Origin: Candidatus Pollutiaquabacter aromativorans
GTDB taxonomy: Bacteria; Bacteroidota; Bacteroidia; AKYH767-A; 2013-40CM-41-45
Assembly: GCA_049177215.1 (NCBI GenBank)
Contig: CP185379.1
Location: 203,046 to 267,045, forward strand
DNA: 64,000 nucleotides
Direction: 5' to 3'
How positions within the stretch are numbered: the first letter of the stretch is position 1; each line of letters begins with the position of its first letter. Made by a program: the position numbers and the translations under genes. This document shows positions 36,363 through 45,922 of this stretch, one piece after another. The notes under the pieces are model-generated. The model searched no databases and was not told the DNA's origin. It saw only the letters and a list, made by a program, of their open reading frames with translations.

Positions 36363-38765
36363 TCACTTGGGTTGGAAGATCAGGGTGTGCTTCGTCTCCG
36401 CTTCGATCCGCTTTCGGTCGAGTAACTCTTCCCGGAATTTCCCCGATGCATACCGGTCGGCCTGGTCCTGATAATAAGCGCTCGACGGATTGCCGGATTG
36501 CCCGCTCGGATTGATGCTCTCACCCAACTCCGGTTGCGCGAAATCGACGATGCGCCGCAACGCAGGTCCGAGGTTCACCGAATACGAACCTTTTCCCGTC
36601 AGCGTGAAGCTCTGGTTGTTGATCGTCTCCATCCCGCCCGGGATCGGATACGAACCGATGCCAAAGACCAGATGCAGGGGCGGCTGCTTCGCCAGCGGAT
36701 GCCCGATCTCGATCGTATGCGCGCGCAGCCAGTGCCAGTTGTCCTGATCGTCACCGTACAGGTCCGTCAACTGCGCAATGGCCACCGGCCAGGCTTTGCC
36801 GATGATCTCTTTTCTGCTTTCGCTTCGATCCGCCGTGTTCCGGTCGTCCCACCAGCGCGAGCTGTCATTGTTCAACAAGCTCAGGAGCGAGTTCTTCTCG
36901 ATGTGCGTCGAAAGAAACGCTTCGAAATCCTTTTCGCCCATCTCGTCCGCGAGGGTATTGTGCAGGACTTCATACAACAACCGGTAATAGATCACCGGCT
37001 CGACATCCTGCAACGAATGCGTACCCGTCCAGGCCTGTAAGCGTCGTGCTGCAGCCTTCACCGGAGCCGATGCGGTGTCGGGAACACAAGCGGCCAGCAA
37101 CTGCGCGACCCGGGCGGCTTTGGGATTGGTGACATCGAGTACGATCGCTTTCGCGTCTTCCGGCGAGTGTTTCGCCTTCGCCTCCAGCAGTTGTTGCATC
37201 CTGCTGGCGCGGTCTTCGGGCAGATAGTAACCCGGATGCAACACGCCCTTCACCGAGTCGGGCTGGTGATTGCAACTGAACACATAACCCTGCTCCGGAT
37301 CTTCCGAACGCGGGTTGTACGAGAAGTCGTAAAAGCCCAGCCAGTCGTCTTCGCCTGTCTCGCCGTCGAGCAGGAACACGGCCGAACGACCGGGCGCACG
37401 CTGCACGAAGCGGGTGGCCGTGTACCAGGCGATGTGCCCCGCCGAATCGCCGTACAGCACGTTCAATCCGGGCGCGGCGATCTTGCTTACCGCATCCCGA
37501 AATGCGTTTCGGTTCGCGGCGTGTGCGAGTTCATACGTGACTTCCGGCAGATTATTCGGAAACTTCAAAAAGGTCCAGCTCACGGCAACGGGGTCCTTGG
37601 TCAGCGAAGCGAAGTCCTTCATCACGTCGCTGCAGATCGGTCCGTGCGGACCGCTGCGACAGACCAGCCGTACGTCTGCGGAATCCTTGACTTTGATGAT
37701 CTCCTCCCGCAGTTGCAAGGGAACGGATTGTCCGGCGGTGATCACCTTGTTGCTGTCGGTCGGGTCGGGTCGCTCCCTGAAAAAATCGAGGTCGTCGTTT
37801 TCGAGAATGGTCAGTCCCCAGGCGTAGGCGGGCGTGCGCCCGATCGGCGCGAAGGGAAATCCTGCGAGGAAGTTGCCGTAAAAGCGAAAGCCCGGACACT
37901 CCAGGTGCGCCTCGTACCAGACGGCGGGTTGCTGGTGCTGGATGTGCGTGTCGTTCTCGAACAACACCTTCCCCGATGCGGAGCGCCCCGGTGCCAGGAC
38001 AAACGCGTTGCTACCCGTCCAGGGCAGTACCGGCATCGCTTCCCGGATCGACGCGAAGGTGGCGCCGGTCGTTGGTGTGGCGGCCGCCAACGCGGTATCG
38101 GGATGCGTCGGGTTGCGCAAGGTTCCGGGCAAATAGCCGAGGCTCAGATCGCGCAGGTACGGTTCGCCCAGTTGTTGCTGCAGCCGGCTCATCAGCGGAT
38201 CGGTCCGGAAGCCCATTTCGAAGTTGAAGGTCATGTACCCGACGATCAAAAACAGATCGCGCTCGGTGAAGGGCGCTTTCGGGATGCCCACGAGGCGGAA
38301 CTCCAGCGGCGTCTTGCCGTGTTCGATGTATTGGTTGATGCCCTGCAGGTAGGCGCGGGCGGCTTGCTTCCAGGCGGCCTCGGGTCCGTTGCGAAAAGCC
38401 TGCGCGGCCGAGTCGGCGTGCTGCGCGAAACCGAGCATCCGGAAAAACCGGTCCACCTCGAGTACCTGCGCCCCGAAGATCTCCGCCAGCCGTCCGCTGC
38501 CCACACGGCGCAGCAACTCCATCTGGAAGAGCCGGTCCTGCGCGTGCAGGTAACCCAGGGCGAGGAACACGTCGTGTTCGTTCGCTCCGTAAATGTGCGG
38601 GATGCCGTTCGCGTCGAAGCGCGTGGTGACGGTTTGCTGCAGGCCCTGCAAGTGGAGTTCCCCGTCATATTGCGGACGGTTCCAGCGCAGGTAAAAGAAG
38701 ACGAACAATCCGGCCGCGAAGAGCAAGAGGAAGAGGCCGATACAGATGCGGAGCAGCAGTTTCAT
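36363..38765 (-). CDS. Penicillin acylase family Ntn hydrolase (possible N-acyl-homoserine-lactone or beta-lactam acylase)
   Basis: 800 aa with an N-terminal TM/signal segment. It has DRLFQME, a nucleophile-Ser processing site (WTGSNAFVLAPGRSASGK), and the size and organisation of PvdQ/QuiP/PGA-type acylases. Confidence 0.82.
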   Translation of the reverse strand: MKLLLRICIGLFLLLFAAGLFVFFYLRWNRPQYDGELHLQGLQQTVTTRFDANGIPHIYGANEHDVFLALGYLHAQDRLFQMELLRRVGSGRLAEIFGAQVLEVDRFFRMLGFAQHADSAAQAFRNGPEAAWKQAARAYLQGINQYIEHGKTPLEFRLVGIPKAPFTERDLFLIVGYMTFNFEMGFRTDPLMSRLQQQLGEPYLRDLSLGYLPGTLRNPTHPDTALAAATPTTGATFASIREAMPVLPWTGSNAFVLAPGRSASGKVLFENDTHIQHQQPAVWYEAHLECPGFRFYGNFLAGFPFAPIGRTPAYAWGLTILENDDLDFFRERPDPTDSNKVITAGQSVPLQLREEIIKVKDSADVRLVCRSGPHGPICSDVMKDFASLTKDPVAVSWTFLKFPNNLPEVTYELAHAANRNAFRDAVSKIAAPGLNVLYGDSAGHIAWYTATRFVQRAPGRSAVFLLDGETGEDDWLGFYDFSYNPRSEDPEQGYVFSCNHQPDSVKGVLHPGYYLPEDRASRMQQLLEAKAKHSPEDAKAIVLDVTNPKAARVAQLLAACVPDTASAPVKAAARRLQAWTGTHSLQDVEPVIYYRLLYEVLHNTLADEMGEKDFEAFLSTHIEKNSLLSLLNNDSSRWWDDRNTADRSESRKEIIGKAWPVAIAQLTDLYGDDQDNWHWLRAHTIEIGHPLAKQPPLHLVFGIGSYPIPGGMETINNQSFTLTGKGSYSVNLGPALRRIVDFAQPELGESINPSGQSGNPSSAYYQDQADRYASGKFREELLDRKRIEAETKHTLIFQPK

Positions 38766-38792
38766 GGGCAGGCGCCGCTGTGCGGCGAACGA

Positions 38793-39671
38793 TCAGGACG
38801 AATATCCGAACCGGCGCAGCTTGTTCTCGTGCTTGCGCCAGTCTTTTTCCACTTTTACGAAGAGCTCGAGGAACACCTTCTTCCCAAGGAACGATTCGAT
38901 GTCGTGACGGGCCTCCGTACCCACCCGTTTGATCGAGCTGCCTTTCTTCCCGATGAGGATGCCCTTCTGCGAGTCGCGTTCCACGTAGATCACCGCCGAG
39001 ATGTGCACCTGCTGTTCGCCTTCCTTGAACGCTTCGATGTCCACGGTGGATGCGTAGGGGATCTCGTCCCGGTAGTGCATGAAGATCTTTTCCCGGATGA
39101 ACTCGGCCGTGAAAAACCGCAGCGAGGCGTCGCTCACATCGTCCTTGGGGAAAAAGGCCGGCGATTCCGGCAATACCTCCAGCAGGGTGTCGCGCACCAC
39201 CGTCGTGTTGAAATCGTTGATGGCCGAGGCGGGTATGACGGCATGCGGCTGCAGGTGTTTCTTCCAGCCGTGCACCAGCTTGTTGATCTCGTCGATCCCC
39301 GACTGGTCCACCTTGTTGATCACCACCACCACGGGAACCTTGATCTTCTTCAGGCGCGCGACCAGGGCCTCGTCCATGTACTGCTCGGCCAGGTCGGTGA
39401 TGAACAGCACCGCGTCGGCATCCTCCAGCGCGGCGTCCACGAAGTCCATCATCTTCTGGTGCAGCAGGTAGTGCGGGTCCAGCAGGCCGGGCGTATCGGA
39501 AAACACGATCTGGTAATCCTCCGCGTTCAGGATGCCCTTGATGCGGTGCCGCGTCGTCTGCGCCTTCGCACTCACGATCGACAGATGCTGTCCCAGAATA
39601 CGGTTCATGAGCGTGGATTTCCCCACGTTCGGCTTCCCGATGATGCTCACAAAACCCGCCTTATGCGCCAT
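38793..39671 (-). CDS. era: GTPase Era
   Basis: 292 aa. It has G1 GKPNVGKST, DTPG and NKVD motifs plus a KH-domain C-terminus. Confidence 0.95.
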   Translation of the reverse strand: MAHKAGFVSIIGKPNVGKSTLMNRILGQHLSIVSAKAQTTRHRIKGILNAEDYQIVFSDTPGLLDPHYLLHQKMMDFVDAALEDADAVLFITDLAEQYMDEALVARLKKIKVPVVVVINKVDQSGIDEINKLVHGWKKHLQPHAVIPASAINDFNTTVVRDTLLEVLPESPAFFPKDDVSDASLRFFTAEFIREKIFMHYRDEIPYASTVDIEAFKEGEQQVHISAVIYVERDSQKGILIGKKGSSIKRVGTEARHDIESFLGKKVFLELFVKVEKDWRKHENKLRRFGYSS

Positions 39672-39859
39672 GAGGCGAAGGTAGGGAATCGGAAGGGGAG
39701 GAGGAAATGAGAAAAAGTTGCCTCAAAGGTCGTAGCGCAAGGATAGCGCCTCGGTTAGCTGAAGCATCCGCGTGATCCGCGTGCCATCAATTTGTGACCA
39801 CTTTCGCTAGGCTTAGGATTAGTAGCACAGAGTATCCCAGAGGACCTTTAGACTTGCCT

Positions 39860-40030
39860 TCGTAACTTCAAGCTGACTGTGCTGGAAGAGATAGAGGTGA
39901 ACTAAGCAGAGTTAGAGCCTTCAGGGCTAATCTGTGTATCAGTCCTCTATCTCTTTTCAGGGTGCGGTGCCAGTTAGAATCATAGGCATCCAGGCCTATT
40001 AAAGGTTTTAGCAGCACATCCTGTTCCAGT
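39860..40030 (+). ncRNA. Candidate IS110 bridge (seek) RNA in the element leader
   Basis: There are strong local structures upstream of the transposase start. ctggaagagatagagg (39882-39897) pairs with cctctatctcttttcag (39944-39960) around an internal hairpin, and a second hairpin is ataggc-atccag-gcctat (39984-40001). Position and size fit the known bridge-RNA location. No covariance model was run. Confidence 0.35.
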
Positions 40031-40059
40031 ACAGACAAATAAACCTTAAAACCAAAGTT

Positions 40060-41079
40060 ATGAAAACAGTCTGTACCGTTGGCATTGACATCTCATCGCA
40101 ATGGCTGGATGTAGCGCTGGTAGTGGACCCTTCAGCCAAACCCTTGAGTCTGTTCCGGGTGAAGAACAGCCAGGAGGGAATTGAATCCATGTTTAAACGC
40201 CTGGAAAAGGAGGTGCCAGCGGGATCACCTCCCTGGTTTTGCATGGAACACACCGGCAACTACGGATTGCTTTTGTGTTGCCTGTTACAGGAAAAGGGTA
40301 TGACCTATTCGGTAATACCGGCAAGAGAGATCCAACAATCCCTGGGCGTAACCCGAGGTAAAAGTGACCGGACGGATGCAGAGCGAATCGGCGTTTACGC
40401 CTTGATCCATCATCACAAGCTCCGGCCATTTGTGATCCCTCAAAAATCCATCCTTCAACTCAAAGAGCTGATCTCCTACCGCGCCTCGTTGGTGCAGCAA
40501 CATACCCAGAATGTCAATAGCCTCAAGAGCCGCTCAAAGCTCAATATTGTGATCGACAATCACCTGGTTACCGAGGATCTGGAACAACACATTCAACGGC
40601 TGGAAAAGAGCATTAAGGCAGTAAACGAGGCCATTGAAAAAGTGATCGCCTCCGATCCGGAGCTCAAACAGAATTTTGATCTGATACAATCTGTCAAGGG
40701 AATAGGACTCATTGCTGCAACGATGATGCTCGTTATAACCCAGAACTTCACTCAGTTCGATGATGGTCGTAAGTTCGCCTGCTATGCCGGAACGGCGCCT
40801 TTTGAACACTCCTCCGGATTAACCAAGGGAAGGACCAGGGTACATCCCATGGCAAATAAGCAGATGAAAGCAATCTTGCTCAACGGAGCCAATAGCGCCA
40901 TGATCTACGACCCTGAAATAAGGGTCTACTGCCAAAGGAAAAAGGCCGAGGGCAAACACCACAAAGTCATCGCAAACGCCGTAGCCTGCAAACTGATCAA
41001 TCGGGTCTTTGCAGTCATTAAAAGAAAAACCCCATTCGTCCTAACCTACGAGAAAAAAATCAATCAAAACGTTGCGTAA
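40060..41079 (+). CDS. IS110 family transposase (DEDD recombinase)
   Basis: 339 aa. The N-terminal block is VGIDISSQWLDVALV...CMEHTGNYG, and the C-terminal transposase_20-like block is IQSVKGIGLIAATMMLV...FACYAGTAPFEHSSG. Confidence 0.88.
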   Translation: MKTVCTVGIDISSQWLDVALVVDPSAKPLSLFRVKNSQEGIESMFKRLEKEVPAGSPPWFCMEHTGNYGLLLCCLLQEKGMTYSVIPAREIQQSLGVTRGKSDRTDAERIGVYALIHHHKLRPFVIPQKSILQLKELISYRASLVQQHTQNVNSLKSRSKLNIVIDNHLVTEDLEQHIQRLEKSIKAVNEAIEKVIASDPELKQNFDLIQSVKGIGLIAATMMLVITQNFTQFDDGRKFACYAGTAPFEHSSGLTKGRTRVHPMANKQMKAILLNGANSAMIYDPEIRVYCQRKKAEGKHHKVIANAVACKLINRVFAVIKRKTPFVLTYEKKINQNVA

Positions 41080-41362
41080 GTCTTAGAATACACAGAGATT
41101 GAACTCTGCGAGACTCTGCGTTACCTCCGCGCGACTCTGCGTAACTTAATCATACGAAGAAGGCCGTCGGATCAAACATCGCACACATCTGCTTATCGAA
41201 GACATCCGCGTAAATTCGCAACATTCGCAGTATCCGCGTGCTATTGGTGTTTGACATACTAACTCGGAGCGTAAGCCGAATCCTCTAGCAATCAACTTTT
41301 TGCAAATTGATAAAAGAGTTGGATTGAGCGAATATTTCCGTACCTTTGCAGTCCTCAAACAG

Positions 41363-41438
<76 letters not shown>

Positions 41439-41443
41439 GAACG

Positions 41444-41470
41444 AAATAGCCGAAGCAATTCGGCTATTTT
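41444..41470 (+). terminator. Rho-independent terminator after the initiator tRNA
   Basis: aaatagccgaa-gcaa-ttcggctattt followed by T residues. Confidence 0.7.
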
Positions 41471-41491
41471 CATTTAAAATCAACCGTTTCC

Positions 41492-42811
41492 GTGTCCAAC
41501 ATCGTAGCCATCGTCGGGCGTCCCAATGTGGGGAAATCCACGCTCTTCAATCGCCTCACCGAATCCCGGCAGGCGATCGTGGATGAGCAGAGCGGCGTGA
41601 CCCGCGACCGCCACTACGGCCATGCCGAATGGACCGGACGAAAATTCTCCATCATCGATACCGGCGGTTATGTCCGCGGCTCCGACGATGCTTTCGAAGG
41701 CGAGATCCGCAAACAGGTGGAAGTCGCCGTCGAAGAAGCCAACGTCCTCCTGCTCGTTCTCGACGTAGAGATGGGCGTAACCGACCTCGACGATGCCGTC
41801 GCGCGCCTGCTGCGGAAATCGGGTAAGCCCGTTTTCGTCGTGGCCAACAAGGTGGATAACCCGCAACGACAACACGACGCGGCCGAGTTTTACTCCCTCG
41901 GCCTCGGCGATCCCTATTGCATCTCCGCCATGAACGGCTCCGGAACCGGCGAACTCCTCGACGCGCTCGTAGCCGCCCTGCCCGACGACGAACCCGAAGA
42001 CACCAGCGGCTTACCGAAACTCGCCATCGTCGGCCAGCCCAACGTGGGCAAGTCCTCCCTGCTCAACATGCTCATCGGCGAGGAACGCAGCATCGTGACA
42101 CCGATCGCCGGCACCACCCGCGACCCGATCCAGCAACGCTATACCAAGTTCGGCCACGACTTCATCCTCGTCGATACCGCCGGTCTCCGCCGCAAAGCGC
42201 GCGTGAAGGAAGACCTCGAGTTCTATTCGGTGCTGCGCTCCGTACGCGCGATCGAAGACTCCGACGTCTGCCTCTTCATGATCGATGCTCAGCAGGGCAT
42301 CCATGCCCAGGACCTGGCCATCTTCCACCTCGTGGAACGCAACCGCAAGGGCGTGGTGGTCATCGTCAACAAATGGGACCTCGTCGAGAAGGACCAGAAC
42401 TCCGCCAAAGCTTTTGCCGATCACATCCGCGCACGCCTGGCGCCTTTTACCGATGTGCCGGTCGTCTTCACCTCGGTGATCGACAAGCAACGCGTGTTCA
42501 AAGCCCTTGAAGAAGCCATTCGTGTTTTTGAAAACCGGAAGAAGAAAGTACGCACTTCCGAGCTGAACGATTTTTTCCTGCCCATCATCGAGAACAATCC
42601 TCCGCCGGCGATCAAAGGGAAATACGTCAAGGTCAAGTACGTCACCCAACTGCCGACTACCACGCCGCAGTTCGCCTTTTTCTGCAACCTGCCCCAGTAC
42701 GTGAACGAATCCTACCGCCGTTTCCTCGAGAATAAACTGCGGGAGCGCTTCGATTTTTCGGGAGTACCGGTCCAGATCTTCTTCCGCGGAAAGGCCAAGA
42801 GCGAGGACTAA
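41492..42811 (+). CDS. der: Ribosome biogenesis GTPase Der (EngA)
   Basis: 439 aa with a GTG start. There are two tandem GTPase domains (GRPNVGKST and [13 protein letters not shown] and NKWD) and a KH-like C-terminus. Confidence 0.95.
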   Translation: MSNIVAIVGRPNVGKSTLFNRLTESRQAIVDEQSGVTRDRHYGHAEWTGRKFSIIDTGGYVRGSDDAFEGEIRKQVEVAVEEANVLLLVLDVEMGVTDLDDAVARLLRKSGKPVFVVANKVDNPQRQHDAAEFYSLGLGDPYCISAMNGSGTGELLDALVAALPDDEPEDTSGLPKLAIVGQPNVGKSSLLNMLIGEERSIVTPIAGTTRDPIQQRYTKFGHDFILVDTAGLRRKARVKEDLEFYSVLRSVRAIEDSDVCLFMIDAQQGIHAQDLAIFHLVERNRKGVVVIVNKWDLVEKDQNSAKAFADHIRARLAPFTDVPVVFTSVIDKQRVFKALEEAIRVFENRKKKVRTSELNDFFLPIIENNPPPAIKGKYVKVKYVTQLPTTTPQFAFFCNLPQYVNESYRRFLENKLRERFDFSGVPVQIFFRGKAKSED

Positions 42812-42856
42812 TCCCGGCTACCGCTTGTTTTCAGGGGCCTTGCGTATCTTGCTCTC

Positions 42857-44335
42857 ATGAAAACTGTTCTCCGTTGCCTTGCCGGTTTCACGCTGCTGAC
42901 GCTGATATTCCTATCCTCCCCGGTTTTTGCGGGAAAGGTGGTCATCCAGGGAATGGTCCCGGTAACCGACGAACAACAGGTGGCCCTGGCCATCGACCGG
43001 AACTGCCTGAACCGTTTCCAGGAACGTCAGGAGCAACGCCTGCAGAACAATCGTTTCTCGTTTGAGGTCGCGACGGATTCCAGTGTCATGGCCTCGCTCG
43101 AGTTTCAGGGGCGACGGATTCCGATGTTCCTGCAACCCGGATGCGATATCGAAGTCGCGCCGGATAGCGCCGCTGAAAGCGGATTGTCCTTTTCCGGAAA
43201 AGGCGCGGCGGACGCCGGCTTCATCTGCCGGTTTCTGATCCATTATGCCGCTGCGTTCAACGACAGCCTTCAGTCGCTTGCGATCATGAACACGCCCATA
43301 GACGCGTACGAGGCGAAGATCTTTTCGATGCGCAAGGAACAGCTCGATTACTGCAAGCAGGACCCGGCATGGTCGGCACTTTCCGCTCCGGCCCGGAGCT
43401 ATCTCGAAACGCAGATCAGGTATCGGTATTGGGCGTTGTTGTTGTCGTACCCCATCGTGATCGCGAACAGCAGCCGGGAAATACAAACCGTTAACCCCCT
43501 GCCCGAGTCGATGCTGGACGGCCTCGAGAAAGTGAAGATCAACGAGCCATCCGCACTGGTGAACGAACAGTACCGCTTGTTCGTTCGGCATTATATCTAT
43601 TACCAGACATCCAAGACGAATGGCTTCCGGAAGTTTCCGGATGTTTCATCCTCTTCCGACCGGAAGATCCAGGTTGCGCGAGACCGACTGGAGCAGCCGG
43701 TGTTCAGGATATTCCTTGCCCGTTTTCTCGCGGATGAATGCGGATTCCTGTCGCCTTTTATGTACAACAAACTCACGAAGGAGTTGCGGTCCTGCGACGA
43801 GGGAGGTTCCTATGTTTCAGCGGTCCGGAAGATTTGCGAAGAGAAAAGGGATCAAGTGTATCAGAAACTCGCGGAGGTTTCCCCGGCCGATGCCCAGGCA
43901 GCCAAGACCGGGGAGGCCGGAATCAGTTTCAAGGATCTCGAAGGAAAGCAAGTCAAACTGGACGACTTCAAAGGCAAAGTCGTGTACATCGACTTTTGGG
44001 CGAGCTGGTGTGGCCCTTGCCGGGCGATGATGCCATTCTCAAAGCAACTGCACGACAGCCTTGATCCGAAATTGAAGAAGAAGGTCGTCTTCCTTTACAT
44101 CTCCATCGACTCCAAGCAGGAGTCGTGGAAGAAAGCCGTCCAAGACATGGGGATACAGGGAGAGAATGTCATTTCGCCGGGAGACTGGAATTCGGAAGTA
44201 TGTACCTTTTTCCAGGTCTACAGTATTCCGCGTTATATGTTGATGAATGCCAAAGGCGAGATCGTCGATTTCAACGCGAAGCGACCCAACGATCCGGCGC
44301 TCCTCCAGGACCTCCGGAGGCTCGCCGAAGAATGA
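42857..44335 (+). CDS. TlpA/AhpC-family thiol-disulfide oxidoreductase with a large N-terminal domain of unknown function
   Basis: 492 aa with a signal peptide. The C-terminal thioredoxin fold contains FWASWCGPC. Confidence 0.72.
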   Translation: MKTVLRCLAGFTLLTLIFLSSPVFAGKVVIQGMVPVTDEQQVALAIDRNCLNRFQERQEQRLQNNRFSFEVATDSSVMASLEFQGRRIPMFLQPGCDIEVAPDSAAESGLSFSGKGAADAGFICRFLIHYAAAFNDSLQSLAIMNTPIDAYEAKIFSMRKEQLDYCKQDPAWSALSAPARSYLETQIRYRYWALLLSYPIVIANSSREIQTVNPLPESMLDGLEKVKINEPSALVNEQYRLFVRHYIYYQTSKTNGFRKFPDVSSSSDRKIQVARDRLEQPVFRIFLARFLADECGFLSPFMYNKLTKELRSCDEGGSYVSAVRKICEEKRDQVYQKLAEVSPADAQAAKTGEAGISFKDLEGKQVKLDDFKGKVVYIDFWASWCGPCRAMMPFSKQLHDSLDPKLKKKVVFLYISIDSKQESWKKAVQDMGIQGENVISPGDWNSEVCTFFQVYSIPRYMLMNAKGEIVDFNAKRPNDPALLQDLRRLAEE

Positions 44336-44337
44336 TT

Positions 44338-45795
44338 TTAAAATCGGATGAGCTGCGAGAACAGCGTCAGCAGCAATATGCCGATGATGTTCAGGAAAAG
44401 TCCCGTGCGCATCATCTGCCGTACGGGGATGTAGCCGGTGCCGTACACGATCGTATTCGCGGCCGTTGCAACAGGCATCATGTAGCCGAAGGAAGCCGCG
44501 ATCGTCGCCGGGAACATCAGGACCAGCGGATCCACTTCCAGGGAGACGGCCAGGGGCGCCAGGATCGGTAACATCAATTGCACGCTGGCCACGTTGGAAG
44601 CGAACTCGCTCAGCGCGGTCGCCATCACGGCTACACCCAGCACCATGATCCAGGCCGGCATGCCGTGCAGGACTTGCAAGTGCCCCGCCAGCCACTGCGC
44701 CAGTCCGGTTCGTTCGAATGCTTCCGCTAAGGCGAAGCCGCTTCCGAAGAGCAGGATGATGCGGAACGGCAGTCGTGTCACGTCGGACCAGTTCAGCAGA
44801 GCGCCGGCATCTTTTTTCTTCGCCGGGATCAGGAACAACAGGAGGGCCGCGAAGATCGCGATGGTGGAGTCCTTGATCATCTTTCCTTCCGGCAACAGGT
44901 TCGACCAACCGGGAATCCGAAAGGCGCCGAAGTCGAGGTCGATGCGCGTGAACCAGCCCAGCACGGCGAACAGGAAGATGGCGATGACGCGTTTCTCTTC
45001 CGTCTGCAACGGCCCCAGGGCTTCCAGTTTTTCGCGGATGTAGTTGCGGTCGAAGCGCAGGTCGTCGGACTTCGGAATAAACCGGTACCGGATGAAGAAG
45101 AACGCGATCGTGCCAAAGGTCAACGCGAACGGAAAGCCGAAGACGAACCAGCGGTTGAAGTTCACCGCGCCCGGTTCGATCTTGTCCATGAAACCGGCCA
45201 GGATCATGTTCGGCGGCGTTCCGACGAGGGTGGCCATGCCGCCGATGCTGGCGGTATAAGCCAATGCGAGGAGGTAGCCCGTCGCGATCTTCGCGTGTCC
45301 CGATTTCGGAAAGAGGTGTTCGTGCCGCACGATCGCGAGGACCGCGGCCAGGAGCATGACGGTCGTAGCCGTATTCGAAATCCACATCGACACGGTGAAG
45401 GTGGTGATCATGATCCCCAGCAATACGCGGGAGGGCGTGGACCCGGCTTTGAGAATGATGGAGAACGCGAGCCGCTGGTGCAGGTTCCAGCGTTCCATCG
45501 CGTAAGCCAGAAAGAATCCGCCAACGAAAAGAAAGATCGTCTGCTCCATGTACTGCGCCGCGACCGTGTTCGCGTCGAGCACGCCGAGGAGCGGGAAGAG
45601 GAGGAAGGGGAGAAAGGAGGTGACACCCAGGTCGATCACTTCGGTGATCCACCAGATCCCCATCCAGATCGTCACGAGCACCGTCGCCGCTTTCGCGTGA
45701 TCGAGCCCGTTCGTACTCAGCAGCCAGTAGGCCAGGCAGCCCATCAGCGGACCGATGATCAGCCGGATGAAACGGGGGCGTTGCTGTTCCTGCAC
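44338..45795 (-). CDS. DASS/SLC13 family anion:sodium symporter
   Basis: 485 aa and polytopic. ATTVMLL and SNVASV..MLPI-type hairpin motifs recur in the two halves, as is typical of SLC13 permeases. Confidence 0.78.
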   Translation of the reverse strand: MQEQQRPRFIRLIIGPLMGCLAYWLLSTNGLDHAKAATVLVTIWMGIWWITEVIDLGVTSFLPFLLFPLLGVLDANTVAAQYMEQTIFLFVGGFFLAYAMERWNLHQRLAFSIILKAGSTPSRVLLGIMITTFTVSMWISNTATTVMLLAAVLAIVRHEHLFPKSGHAKIATGYLLALAYTASIGGMATLVGTPPNMILAGFMDKIEPGAVNFNRWFVFGFPFALTFGTIAFFFIRYRFIPKSDDLRFDRNYIREKLEALGPLQTEEKRVIAIFLFAVLGWFTRIDLDFGAFRIPGWSNLLPEGKMIKDSTIAIFAALLLFLIPAKKKDAGALLNWSDVTRLPFRIILLFGSGFALAEAFERTGLAQWLAGHLQVLHGMPAWIMVLGVAVMATALSEFASNVASVQLMLPILAPLAVSLEVDPLVLMFPATIAASFGYMMPVATAANTIVYGTGYIPVRQMMRTGLFLNIIGILLLTLFSQLIRF

Positions 45796-45922
45796 GTCAG
45801 CGAATGTAGGAGGAGGCGGTCAACTTCGCTCGACGCTGCTCGCCGAGTTTTGCACCCGACCCCTGTTGTACGCCTGATCATTCCTGCTTATTTTGCCGAA
45901 AGGCCAGGAGGCCAGGAACATT

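Larger units (their letters stand above)
39784..41231 (+). mobile_element. IS110-family insertion sequence (boundaries approximate)
   Basis: It has a single DEDD-type transposase ORF, a non-coding leader of about 260-280 nt and lower GC than the flanks. The 9-10-mer ATCCGCGTG(C) is present immediately left (39766-39784, tandem x2) and right (41232-41241). I saw no terminal inverted repeats, as expected for IS110. Confidence 0.6.

Noticed and set aside
37167-39710. An 847-aa plus-strand ORF spanning the acylase and era loci.
   Set aside because: It is antisense to two well-supported genes. Its composition (rich in R, V, Q, H and G) is that of a shadow frame, and no domain is recognisable.
44039-45652. 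A 537-aa minus-strand ORF overlapping the DASS transporter in another frame.
   Set aside because: The alternative frame 44338..45795 gives a coherent polytopic SLC13-type protein. This frame is Arg/Pro/Gly-rich noise.
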